Positions 12,207 to 24,765 of a stretch of DNA of 64,000 bases are shown one piece after another. Both the position numbers and the translations under genes were made by a program. This DNA comes from Lingula anatina (taxonomy: Eukaryota; Animalia; Brachiopoda): NCBI GenBank assembly GCA_051362555.1, contig CM120649.1:4464001-4528000 (forward strand). The letters run 5' to 3'. The number at the start of each line of letters is the position of its first letter. Within the stretch, counting starts at the first letter, position 1. The notes under the pieces are model-generated. The model had not been told where the DNA came from. It saw only the letters and a list, made by a program, of their open reading frames with translations, and made no database searches.

Positions 12207-13835
12207 TTACATTCTTTTCTTCACGATGATCTTCTGAGGTTTAGGTACACAGGTAAATTCTGCCATTGCAGGCTCGAAGTCTGGCTTTTGTCCGTGTGGA
12301 AAGCTCACCTCAAACCGACTGAAAAACAATGCCTGTAAAGAAAATGTACCTTTGAATTGCAAAATGAAATAATAAAATTGACATACAAACATAACTGCTA
12401 TGTTAAACTTACAGTGCAGTTAGTGTCTTCAAAATGAAATGTAGGTACTGGTATGTATTCAAACATTCAGGAACCTATAGGTAAATTAAATCTATTGATA
12501 TAAAAAAAGTATTTCAAAACATCACCGCTATGATTATAAAACCTTATAAATAATAATCTTGATTTCAATGTTATATATTGATTTTTGATAAGACCACCAT
12601 AAACATAAATTCCCATTCTTATGCGAAATAGGCAAGCTAACAGCAAAATGATAAAAATGATACTGATAGTATCGAAACTACCAGTACAATGTATGTCTGA
12701 AATTTTGTATATTGAGCACACACAGTAATCATATCAAAACACCATGTGTCATGGTAAACACAATATATACATAATTGTTTTCTTGTCCACCCACCGAAAT
12801 CATCATAAGGTTTGCCCTGCCAACTGATTCTCCCACACATTTCCTTTTGCCACTGCTGAACGGAATCCAAATTCTGTTGTCAACCTCTTTCAAGCTGCCG
12901 TCATTGTTAATAAACCTCTCTGGCTTGAAAACCTCCGGCGACTCCCAGTTTTTCGGGTCATGGTGGATTGCCATAATGTTTGCATACAGCACAGTGCCTT
13001 TGGGGATATCGTACGCACCTACATGTAGATGGGAACTGACATTTATAGGCAATGTAATAAATATGATCCCAGGTATAAAAGCTACATGTGCACGTAAATG
13101 GTTGGAAGTTCTCTTCATACAACCGATAAGCACATGTTCATAGAACACGCACTTTATATTGAATACAAAAGGTGTCGCGATCGAGCAACATTCAATTAAA
13201 AGATGTAAGTAACAGGAATAATAATTCAGCTGAAATCGAAGGTGATTTGGTGATTTTGTTTGGTTCGACCATAACGTATAATGTTTAAGCAGCACATTTC
13301 TTTACATTTTTTGTATGTGATTTGAGATCATAGAGGGATTATGTCTAACCTAGTTTGGTGTCACAGAGTGCTTGATGACCTACAGCTACTGGAGCAGGAG
13401 GGCGCATGCGCAAAACCTCTCGCTGAATAGCCTCGCTGTAAGGCAATTTATGTCTGCAGTGACGAAGTCCACTGATGTCGTCGCCTGAAAAGGAATAAGT
13501 GAAAGCATATTTACATGATTGTTATCATTTTTACATGATGCACTAATTGAATCAAACATGTTCACAGCAATATAAAAGAGTCCAGAAAATAGACAACATT
13601 TTCTAGATTTCTGAAATTAGGCTTAATTGCCAATTGTTTCCATTCGTATATTTATATAAATATACAAAAGATTAAACATTGAACTGTTTATACCTAAGGC
13701 GTCTAACTCCTTGTGTAGTTTTGTCTGAACATCTGGATTATCGGCTATATACATAATCATCCACTTCAACGTGTCAACCGTGGTCTGCGTTCCAGCTAAA
13801 TATAGAAACCGCTACCGATCAATATAGAAACAATA

Positions 13836-13872
<37 letters not shown>

Positions 13873-14179
13873 TTGTATTGAGCGCTACATACTTCATGTT
13901 TAAAAACAGTATGCATGAAAAAGCACCATTCGCACTGTCATGCAGTAACAAATAAATCTTGGAAAAAAATACACCATGCATATGCATGTATCAAATGAGT
14001 AACTGGAATAATCAAGTCACTATACCAAAGAATATATCCAATAGGGTGTGGCGTATGCGAGTGTCAGTAAGCGACTCTTTGGCGTTGTCATCACTCTCGG
14101 CTCCCATTTCTTCCTTCAGTAGCAAAATTTGATCCATAATATCTCTAAGGTTACCTTTGAAATAAAATGTCGTAATCTA

Positions 14180-14241
<62 letters not shown>

Positions 14242-17200
14242 AACTGGATCATTCATATGCTGTATGTATATTCACAAATGAAAGACATAAATCAAAATAA
14301 TGTTTTTCTTTTATTTATCAATCCCGCGAAAAACCCAGAGCAACAATATTTTTAGTGATCCTACAGTTGTATATAAGGTGTGAAATGTAAATAAACTACA
14401 TGTACGAACCCGAGTTCAAATTTTTCTTGTGTTCTGCCAGTTTGACATTTTGGAAGTCGTTCAGTTCCTTTATGAGTTGTTTCACCGAGAGGGATGACTG
14501 GATAGGAAAATGCTTCAAGACGGGAATGACGTCAGAGGGAATGATACTTCCAAATACGGTTCCCATGGTTTTGTCCACGGTGTCCTTCAGCCAAACGAAC
14601 TCCGGCTCGTCAATTTTGTAACTAGAATAATAAGATCAAACTGTTACCAGGTACAAATCAGTAATAAAATATCTGTGTACATACCTTTCTTTGACCTAAA
14701 AATTATATCCGCGACAGCATGTACATTCAAGCATTATATGTATATTTATCGTTACAATCTCCGGGCAATATGCCCTCATTGGTTTTGATGCCCTATTCAG
14801 TACACGTTTAATCAAGGTGTAGCGATGGAAAGGTTTGAAAGTGGATTCGTTTTTTAAATGTAAATAAACGTTTGTTGCTGTATTAACCCATTCATTAATT
14901 CTATTTTTGTTTATTTGATTATATTTTCAACAAAATGTTGAATAAGGACTTGTATCTTTGGACATAATAAAATATGAAGGATTTGTACTGTAAAGTCATG
15001 ATTTTAATTGTAACAAGGGTTATTTCATATCCCTTCGATTGGGGAGTAAAGTTTCGTTTATTTTTATATATCCATTGTTAAAACAGGAAATCACCGGACT
15101 CTCCTGCAGAAGAGTATTCCCAAATGTTATGGAACCTACCTTTTTCCGTAAGCCATTCTGCAGACGATGTTGAAGATAAGTAACTGAAAATGAGAATCTA
15201 TGTCAAATGGCTCAGTCTCTTTTTCAATCAAAGTGGCAACTTCATCAAAAGAAGACCTCACGAATGTTTCCAATTTATCACTCGCTACGTAGGCCCTGAA
15301 AAATAAAATAATATTCCAATTCAGGTACATTTGAATGACGTTATGCAGTACGATCAATTTCATTGGTATTTGCATTATCATAATACTGAGAGTGAATAAA
15401 TAAAAGTTAATTTAAAAAAAATTAAAATAACATAAAAAATATCTCCCCTGGAATGACATTATTCAGGCAATTTTCCATTTTCCAACTAATGGAAAGTGGA
15501 AAGGGAAATCATTAAATTGAGAAGAAAAACACTTGCAGATATGATGATTCAAGTTAGAATGGACATGCATTAGTAAAGTAAGCCATGGAAATAGTTTAAC
15601 TTAATGATGCATTTTCGTTACGTGTTTGCAAGTTTATTGTTAAAATAAAGCATACAACGAATTTCGCTAATTATCATGTATTTTAGGGTTACACAAATTA
15701 AAAAAATGCTATGAGTTACAAGGTAGAGAAATTAGTAGAGCAGACATTGATTCCAGTATATTTCTGCCTCTATGATCTAGATATAAAACAAGTTGGTTCA
15801 AACAAGGGTATCTGTGATGTGCATACAAAAGCGAACCGTGTTTGGAACATTGTTCAACTGAAAAATATATAGAGATATCAACTGAATTAATGTGCCTGAA
15901 TGCCTTCAGAGTAGTTCCTGAATATAAAACAATATTAAAGAGAAGCCTACGGCCCATGTCGTGTTTATTTACAACTGGAAATATTTAATTTGAGCGAGTT
16001 GAAATCTGTTAGAAACGTTATTCAGCTGACTTAGTTTTGCAACCAATAATTCGATCAAATTACCTGAATGCCTTTAAAGCCATCTGTCTCTGTAGTCTCC
16101 ACACTGGACCGTAATCACTGAAAATTATATCTCTGTTGCCTCCGCTGAATACTTTGACTGTCAAAAAGTATGATAGCAATGATTGGATTAAATCTAAAAA
16201 AGGTGTATAAGAGACATTATCTCAACCTTCTCACAAAAAAGTATGATAGCAATGATTGGATTAAATCTAAAAAAGGTGTATTAGAACCCCCCTCCTCACA
16301 CTATTGCAAAACCCCTCACACATACTATTGTATGGATAGTTAGGACCGTTTTGAATGCATGTAAAGTTCATTTTATACCCCTAGTATTCAGATGCCGGTT
16401 TGTAAAGACTTTGCCCCTATCAACACGATAATTAATCTTGCCATAATATAACAGATACTTACGTTTCCAAGTTAGAGTTTCCCTTCCTGCAAATATCTCC
16501 TTCTTTTCGACGAAAGCCTCGTGGACAATATCCGCAGATTTCAGGACCACGACATTGTGCCAAAAACCTGTTAACGTCAACCGTATGCATATACTACACA
16601 TTGTTTACCGTGCTGTTGAGCAATAGAGCAAGTTTTTTTTATGAATGAACTAATGAGGCTAACGTGTACCATCACCATATTTGTATTTAAGTTTTATGTA
16701 AAAAGAAACACCTGCCGGAAAAGCTCATCTGAGCCGATCAAAAAATAAACATTGGCTTTTGCCTAACTGCTTAATTCTAGATGATACTTCTGCAGAAAAA
16801 AAGAAAGAATTATAAGCTTTTACCTAAATCAATGGTGAACAAGTCACTAAATGACTTCCCGAGCTTTGTGAATACGGAATACAGTCGGCTATCTTTCCTA
16901 AATTCTGCAAATATTAATTAATAATTAAATATTTCGAAAAATAAATATTAAATGTATATATCACATTTATTTTTTTTAAATTAATGTTTATATATAATAA
17001 AGTTATAACCAAAAAGATTTTTTTTGAATTTCTAAATAGATTTTTAGCAAATAATTAACATAGGATGAGTGACATATGGTTTACAAAAAGCCTCTGACCA
17101 AAGTAACTCCCCACTATCGGCAGCTGTGGAGGTCCTGGCGGGAGTTTGTACTTCTTCCTCTGTAGATATGACATCACCAACAGGAATACCGCGCTCCCGA

Positions 17201-17249
17201 CCAAGACGGTCTTCACAGTAAGTAAACTCAACAAACTCAAGACGATCAT
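12207..17249 (-). CDS. Cytochrome P450, clan 2 (CYP17/CYP1/CYP2-like), copy A; 11 coding exons, 504 aa, intact
   Basis: Exons 17099-17249, 16824-16904, 16463-16567, 16064-16157, 15140-15295, 14410-14621, 14026-14154, 13694-13795, 13350-13484, 12795-13018 and 12207-12332 are all gt/ag and total 1515 nt in frame. Motifs: N-terminal membrane anchor + PPGPPQLP, WRLQR (WxxxR), I-helix AGTQTT, EVLR (ExxR), PERF, heme motif FSSGKRKCVG. Confidence 0.96.
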
Positions 17250-19406
17250 CGTTCCTGGAATATTTCTTTGTATCTTTATGGATGGATTAAAATGTTACGA
17301 TGATAAAGAGATTAAAAAGATTATAATGTTTTAAAAAAGAAAAAAATTAAATCAACATTGTATTTTACATAATTTTAATATCTTATGTTAGTTTTCCTGT
17401 TGAATTTCACATGCAACCCACGGCTATCACTTCAACATTTATGTATATATCATTAAAATATATTTATTCAAACTCATTTATACAAAACCTACTTTACTAC
17501 CCTTGCTTGCTGTTCCTTCCAGGACACGTCTCTCTTTTACGGCCTCCAGCCACCTGATTGCAGCGTCTGCCTAACTACACTCCAGTATCATTCAGCTCAG
17601 GTCTGGGGCCCTTGGCTTCAAGGCCTTCAGATAACCTACAAGTCTATACGTACAAATATATTTACGTGTCTTGAAATGGGCTGATCACGCTATACTTATC
17701 CAGGCATTGCCTTGGGGTATGCATGCACTAGTCGGGTCAAAATATGGACCACCGCAGCCACGTTCAACGATAAGATTTTCAGACTGACAAGTCAGGCTCC
17801 TTAGCTTCAAAATAGTCAGATAAGCTACAAGTTTATCATACAGAGTTTGTTTGCAACATTTTCGTGTCATTATATAGGCTGCTTACTCATCCAAGATATT
17901 GCCTTCATCTGTGTATTTTATTTGCTTACAATCCCGAAGCTATATTTATCTAAATGTTTATTTATAGTTATAATGGCTAAAATAATATTTAATTATTACT
18001 ATTATCATTTATTGATGTTATGTCACAGCGTATAAAACACAGGGAAAACAGAAATGTCCACACAGAAGTGTCCCAAGAAAAACAGCAACACCACCAACAA
18101 CAAAATAACACTTACACACTTATCATTAAAACTTCGATGACATGAAATTGGCCGAACGCGTTAAGGGAAATTGTTGACTTACGCTATTTTTATACGATAT
18201 AGATAAGGTGAATATAAATATTGCCATGTTCAGAGATAAAGCTGCGGCCTCTTAAATACTTTGGGGTTTGCTAATGTGAGCAGAAGACGTCATATATGGA
18301 CCACTGCAGCCACGTTCAACGATGGGATTTTCAGACTGTCAAGTCAGGCTCCTTGGTTTCAAGTTTCAAGTCGTGTCATAATATAGGCTGCTTACTCATC
18401 CAAAATATTGCCTTTGTCTTCGTTTTTTTATTTGCTTACAGTTCCGAAACTATATTTTTCTAAATGTTTATTTATAGTTATAATAGCTAAAATAATTTTT
18501 TATCATTACTATTATCATTTATTGATATTATCTCACAGCGTATATAACACGGAAAACAAAAATGACCATACAAAAATGTCTTATAAAAAAGCAACAATAA
18601 ATAAATAAATAAAAGAATAAATAAATAAATAGCACTTGCATTTAAAACGTAGATTCCCTGGAATTGACTGAACGCGTTAAGGGAGATGGTAAGTTAGGAT
18701 ATTTTTATACTCTTAGATAAGGCTAACATAAACATTGCCATGTTCAGAGATAATTAGTGGCATCTAAAATACATTGGAATTTGCTAATAAGAGCAGATGA
18801 CGTTACAGCAGTATTTTGGTGCTGAGATTTGTGATTCTGGTTTCAAAAAGATCTTCCTTATCTAAACAGACTCCTATTTAATTACAATAATTACAAGTAC
18901 TATAAAATCCGGTCTCCTAAAAAATGATGTCACAGCAAGCACATCCACATCAGGGACACGTACCGCAATTGTGATATCTGTTCTATTTTTAAATATCACC
19001 GTTCTGTATTACGCTTTTTACCCATTGAGAATTGCTACAGGTGTTGACCCAGATATCATAGGAGTAAAGGTAAACACGCTGCGGCAAAGACTCCAGTGCA
19101 CCAGAAGTCGCTTTCTACACAGTTTAAAGGTATTTTGGTGCTCCATGGTCATTGCAATATGATTCTATATCAGCATTAACAATCCCTGTTTATTGAGGAT
19201 ACGAAAAAAAGAAATGTAGAACCAATACGTTCACTAGTGTGTGCATATATATGAGGTGTGGTTCTCTCTCTCTCTGTCTCTCTCTGTCTCTCTCTCTCTG
19301 TGTCATAAGTATTGTGACCTCCCTCATACTCCGTGTCTCCCCCCTCTTTTCGTGGGTTGATGGGTATTTGGATTAAACTGATTGCAGTATGATGTATGTT
19401 TTAGAT
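17250..19406. promoter_or_regulatory. Divergent (putative bidirectional) promoter region between CYP-A and SDR-1, containing a ~550-bp tandem duplication
   Basis: Start codons point away from each other 2.16 kb apart. Units 17743-18292 and 18294-18805 both begin atatggacca and end in gcaga(a/t)gacgt. Both ATGs are preceded by splice acceptors, implying non-coding first exons here. Confidence 0.55.
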
Positions 19407-22400
19407 ATGGATCGCTGGACAGGACGCGTTGCCTTGGTAACTGGAGCATCGAAAGGGATAGGAGCAGCCATTGCACGTGCTCTGGTTAAGAGCGGTATGG
19501 TGGTGGTTGGATGTGCCAGACACGTTGAAGATATGCAAGTATGGTTGAATTTTATATTTTCCTTGGTATTTGTGTTTTATAGGTGTGTTTAATAATAATA
19601 ATAATAATAATAATAACATCTACTTGCAAGTACAAGTTGATTGTTAGAGGTATAGTGAAAGTCTGAATCACTGTGAAATTCTAAAAAATCTAATATTAAG
19701 GACAAGCAGAAGATTAAGTAAACGTTCAGTGTGCATGCATACCACTGTGATGTCTTCCGTCTATACAGGTTTGAAACCAAATCTTTGTATTTCTTTTTTT
19801 TTTTTTTCATTTTCAATATCTTCCACTGGCTTTAAATAATTTGTTATCTCCAAGTGCATTCGGTCGATCATGACGACCATGTAGAATAGACATGAATATC
19901 AGCAAATGCTTACTTATTGGCAATTAAGCTTCGAAATTTCCTAAATATTTCACCCCGTTCAATATTTTAATACGTGTATAAGAGAAGGGATCACTTATAA
20001 TTGAATGATTAGTTTCAATAGTTTGTTGAAGAGTTCTTTGGATATTTGTATTCCAGAAAACAGCCACAGATCTTCAAGATGAAAAAGGCAGCTTGATTCC
20101 AATGAAATGCGACCTTACCAAAACGGCGGAGATAGAGTCCATGTTTCAGAAAATCAAAGAACAGTTGGGTGGTGTCGATGTTTGTGTTAACAACGCTGGT
20201 GTTGACCTATTTCTGGATTGCAAGATAGGGTCTTTATCTGACACCAAGACAATGTATGAAGTGAGAAAACTCATATTTTTTTTAGTAGCATTTATAATTT
20301 ATCTTAGCATTTATCTTTTAGACCCAGACTTTTTTTACTTTTTATGATATATTCTGAATCTATGTCACAAGGAAAATATGTTTCGGCTTAGGTCTGTTCC
20401 TTTATTTTAAATTGTTACTTTTTATCTAGGAATGTGGGATTAAGTTCTTGTTTAAAAATATTTTTGTTTTTAATCAATTACCATTACTGCTTCCGCCTCA
20501 ACTTTGTATTTCTTCGCAGGCTCTGCATTACCAGAGCGTTAAATTCGGGTACATGTTATAGCTTATACGTATATGTTCAGTGAGAAAATGTTTGCCAGAC
20601 ATCTTATTGAGCGCCAAGCCATGCTGTGCATGAACAAAGCTTTTTTGCTGTTAAGCTGACACTTAAAGGGATAATTACTGCTCGTTTTTGGGCCAAAAAA
20701 TGAATTTCCCTCTAGTAAACAACAGTTTTTCCATACTTACCAATGGTTAATGAATCCATTTCTACATTCAAAGTTAGTCCCGTTTTTTTTCTAAAAAGGT
20801 TGTTTTTTTGTTATAATCTCTCAATAGATTATAACAAAGTATAGCCATCTATGGAGGTCACGTGGTCCGATGACAAGCTCAGATATCAGAATAATAGCTA
20901 TAACTGCCGTTTTTGTGGTAAAACAGAATATATTATATTCCTATGGGTTGTTTACAATGTTTTTATTGTGAAATATAGATCTCATACAAAGAGTTATTAT
21001 CCATTTAAAGTAATACAATTATGCAACGGACAGCAAGTGCAAAAATGTGATCGAAAAAGTGATCTAGAAAAAATGATCACGAATTGTCGTTTCATTTATA
21101 CTGATATACTGTCAACCAGGAACGGCCTCTCGAATAAAACTAAAGCGTTTTTTTTTCAGTTGAACGTATTCGCTGTCATAACCGTTTCCCAACTGACCAT
21201 TCAGTCCATACAAGAAAAAACAGGGATGAAGGGCACATTATTAATATGAGCAGGTAATACATTGGTCTCAAACAGTATTTACATATTTTTTCCTGTTTTC
21301 CAAGTAAATTGACTATTAGCTATTGAAAAAATTAAACAAATCACATTCCAAAGATGTTACTCCGGGCTTTGAAAATGCATTTGGCTCACTGGTAGGCCTA
21401 CATTGTACCTTGTGCGAATTGGCAAAAATTCATTTTGCAAACGGTTAAAACGTCCATAAAATTGTGAAGTGACAGACAAAAGTAGCTATTCGCCATTTTA
21501 TACTGATGAAATGGTTCTGGGAAACTAATCATGTTATCGTTTCTGACAAGTACGCTCTATTTAATTACAGTGTATGTGAGAGCACTGTTCACGAGGACTT
21601 TTCATGTCACATGTATACCCCAACAAAGTTTGCCCTGAAGGCTTTCACAGAGGGCCTGAGACACGAGCTGAGAAAAGAGAAAACGAAAATACGGACGACG
21701 GTATGAATGTGAGAGAGAGAGAGACCGAAATTGAGAATAAATGTGTATTTAAGAGAAATTACAGTCCAGACGATAACTCCTTATTTACACTTAGCGGAGA
21801 AAATTAACAAAAGAAAAAGTGAGATACAATTGAGATATAAATGAAATGCAATTTTACAGTATTGTTATCGCATTTGTATATATGTCCCATCTCTCACAAC
21901 CCACGGATATCCGTAGATGGTCGGCTAGAATAATATGAATTCAGTGGTATTTATGTAACATTTTGTTAATGTAACCCAATATTGAAACATTATGCTCTGC
22001 TGTTAGGTGATTAGTCCTGGATTGGGGGACACTCCGCAAGCAAGAGCAGACATGAACGACAACCTCTTCTGTCCGGAAACTGTAAGCTTCAATAAAATGT
22101 TTTATGACAAAATTCTTCAGTCATTCCAATCCCCTTTGCCTTTCGCAAATAACAGAAATCACGGCACCAAGTAAATGGAAAAGGGATTCGAACAAAGTTT
22201 TTGGTAACGTTTTGGGTTTTAATGGATTTAAAGTGAATCAGACAAATTGAAATATAAGCGAAGATACTGATGATATATACTTCAGTCTTTTAACGTGCCA
22301 TTCTTGTGCGTTTAACTAGTGTCGTATGTGTTACTTTATATATAACACCCTTTAGGCTTAATAAAAGAGTCATTGTCTTACAGTAAATATTTTGGTTTTC

Positions 22401-22922
22401 GTTTCCATCATTCACCTTAATTTTTCTCAATAATAATTTTAATCACCAATTATCTAATATCTTTTGTATATCAGAAACCCCTTCAATATCTTCCATCTTT
22501 TGTAATATCATTTCACAACAGTGTCTTCAACCAGAAGATGTCGCTGCCGCCGTGACATTTGCCCTCAGTGCCCCGCCATGTGTTAACGTAAGAAAAAATT
22601 CACTAACTTGTGCATTCAGTACTTATAATTAAAACATTTTATCTGATCAGAGAAAGAGTCAGACAAGAGGCTTTGCTGTCTTAAATTATGTCATTTTACT
22701 TGATAAGTATTCTCAACGCAAGTCCAAGGGGACATAAGTCTTTATTTTTGAATGTTGAAATTACAATTTGCCTTCTCAAAGATCGAATCCGGTATTAGAT
22801 TTGGTATGAATATGGCTTACATCTATCAGGTACGTAAGCGGTAGTAAGGATTTAGTACATTGTTTCAATTTACTTTTCAGGTCCGTCATATTTGCCTTCA
22901 CGCCATACACGACTCATTTTAA
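19407..22922 (+). CDS. DHRS11: DHRS11-like short-chain dehydrogenase/reductase, copy 1; 7 exons; 1-nt frameshift in exon 3 (pseudogene or sequence error)
   Basis: Exons 19407-19538, 20057-20260, 21160-21253, 21571-21700, 22007-22081, 22522-22587 and 22881-22922. Motifs MDRWTGRVALVTGASKGIG, NNAG, YTPTK (YxxxK). Exon 3 is 94 nt versus 95 nt in the paralogs (A6 run at 21215-21220). Confidence 0.88.
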
Positions 22923-23026
22923 ACTAAGGCCAACTGCAGTTGCCAGCAGCTTTTCATGCTTTCAAAAGCACGCCATTTTGGATGGGGAAATACTTTGTAT
23001 TTAATTTGTAGTTCTTTTGCATATCA

Positions 23027-23070
<44 letters not shown>

Positions 23071-23377
23071 GTGCGTGTAGTGCGACAGTTGTAGCTTGTG
23101 AGTGTTCACTTAAAACTAAGGCACATATAATATGATTCGAAACGTATTCTATTTGTATGCCATCTCACTGTGTACAGTAACATTTCATACATGTACCGGT
23201 AGAATTCCATTCATTTTGGTTATGAGTAATTTAGTAAAAAATGACCCTATCTCGAAGTTTTAATGAAAAATATATTATGGCGCCAAATCCGGATCCATAC
23301 TCGGATTACTAATGGTTTCCATCATGACCAGTGCCAAATATCCTACCCAAATTAAGGACAATCGATAAAAATAGATA

Positions 23378-23409
<32 letters not shown>

Positions 23410-24200
23410 CAGGTGTCACGTGCGCAAGTGTCTCGATTCCATGGCCCCGTATCTCGAAATAGAATCGGTTATGGAATCGAGACACTAATGCACGTGCGCA
23501 ACATAGCGAACCTTTCGAGATACGGAGCCCTGGTCATATAATAGTGCTGGCCATTGTGAATGCTCATTACGAGGGGCACATATGCCGCAGCTTGGATTGC
23601 TTTTTCTGCAGGGAGATGGGAATGAGTCAGAATAGAAAAGCTCCATAAAAGGAAAAAGGAAAAATATTAATTGGAAACCCCTGTGGATGCCTTTTGTTGT
23701 GTATGCAGTACCTCCACGGGTGTATGTGCCCCTTAATTTTTTTCAGTAAATAAAAATTAGAAAACTTTAATGCATTTTTATTATACAAACAAGTGGTTCC
23801 AACTACTGAACGTGGCTAAAAGCAACTGAAAGAGAATAATAGTAACTAGAGTAAGTATCTTCTTACGTAGTCTTTGCTACAATAAAAATACATTTAAATT
23901 TTGCCACAGCATGTTATAAAAAGAATGCGAAAAGCAGTGATATTAGCTCCAATTTAATTGGACAAAATGAATTATATAGAACATCGCATGGCAGGATCCT
24001 AAATGAAACTCCAACGGGCCCGACGATAATAGTAAAACAGTGCTTGGGCTGATTGTCGTGGCAGACGTTGGCATTGCTCCTAGCCACTTAAGACTGCTAT
24101 CTTGTCACCATAACAAGCAAATGTGATATTTTGGCTGAAGTACTCTGCTGTAAATGACACCTAATTACCGGCGTCATGGTGTCCACTCAACAAAGCTATT

Positions 24201-24460
24201 CCCTGCACGAAAATGCAGAAGTATCGAAGTAGCATAGAAGCATTAACGCAGTAGTTGTGTGGAGCATATTTGCAGTAGAAATGCAGTATAGCCTACTGCA
24301 ATTCTATTCCAAAAAGTACATAGCTTTGTACAGAGAGGAGCATTAATGCAGTAGATTAGCAGAATGATAGAAGCATGTTTCAAATATGCTAATTAGCTTC
24401 CAAATCGAAGCATTTTTGCAGTATGATTGCAGGAGTCTACTGCGCTGGAGTATCTACTGT
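24201..24460 (+). mobile_element. Truncated CCC...GGG-terminated non-autonomous element (same family as 46671-46983)
   Basis: ccctgcacgaaaatgcag...gagtatctactg closely matches the copy in SDR-2 intron 1. Confidence 0.75.
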
Positions 24461-24729
24461 TATTTTGTTTAAAATTTGACGGAATTGATAAGGGTGCCCA
24501 TTGTTTGCCCACCCCTTTCTATTCACAAAATAGGGATTAAAATATTTTAAACGTTATAAAACGGAAAACAACAGAAACTTAATTATGAACCCTACTGTAA
24601 GGCAATGATCTCTACTCAATCTTTTTAATCAATTTTTGTTTCATCGCTCAGTCAAATCAAATGTAGTACACTTTTATTTCCGTGACAGCGATCTAGCTGT
24701 CAATTTTTATCTCCCTCTCTCTTTCTTGG

Positions 24730-24765
<36 letters not shown>

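Larger units (their letters stand above)
11710..23095. repeat. Segmental duplication block A (CYP + SDR), paralogous to 38181-49790
   Basis: Colinear similarity across exons, introns, the intergenic region and both 3' flanks (e.g. attctaccgacatcgttccacttcttatctaaacggt vs attcaaccaatatcgttacatttcttgtctaaacggt; gtgtagtgcga at the right ends). Confidence 0.9.

Noticed and set aside
14182-14239. Long poly-A runs (also 23026-23069, 59855-59907) as retrocopy tails
   Set aside because: No adjacent processed sequence or TSD; the paralogous sites have short A-rich stretches, so these are simple expansions.
12467-14788. Plus-strand and intronic ORFs overlapping CYP-A (12775-13143, 14400-14621) and their equivalents in CYP-B
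   Set aside because: They are antisense shadows of real exons or intron read-through; their conservation is explained by the duplication.
12207-17249. Assigning the symbol CYP17A1
   Set aside because: Clan-2 features are clear, but orthology and 17-hydroxylase/lyase activity cannot be established without a phylogeny.
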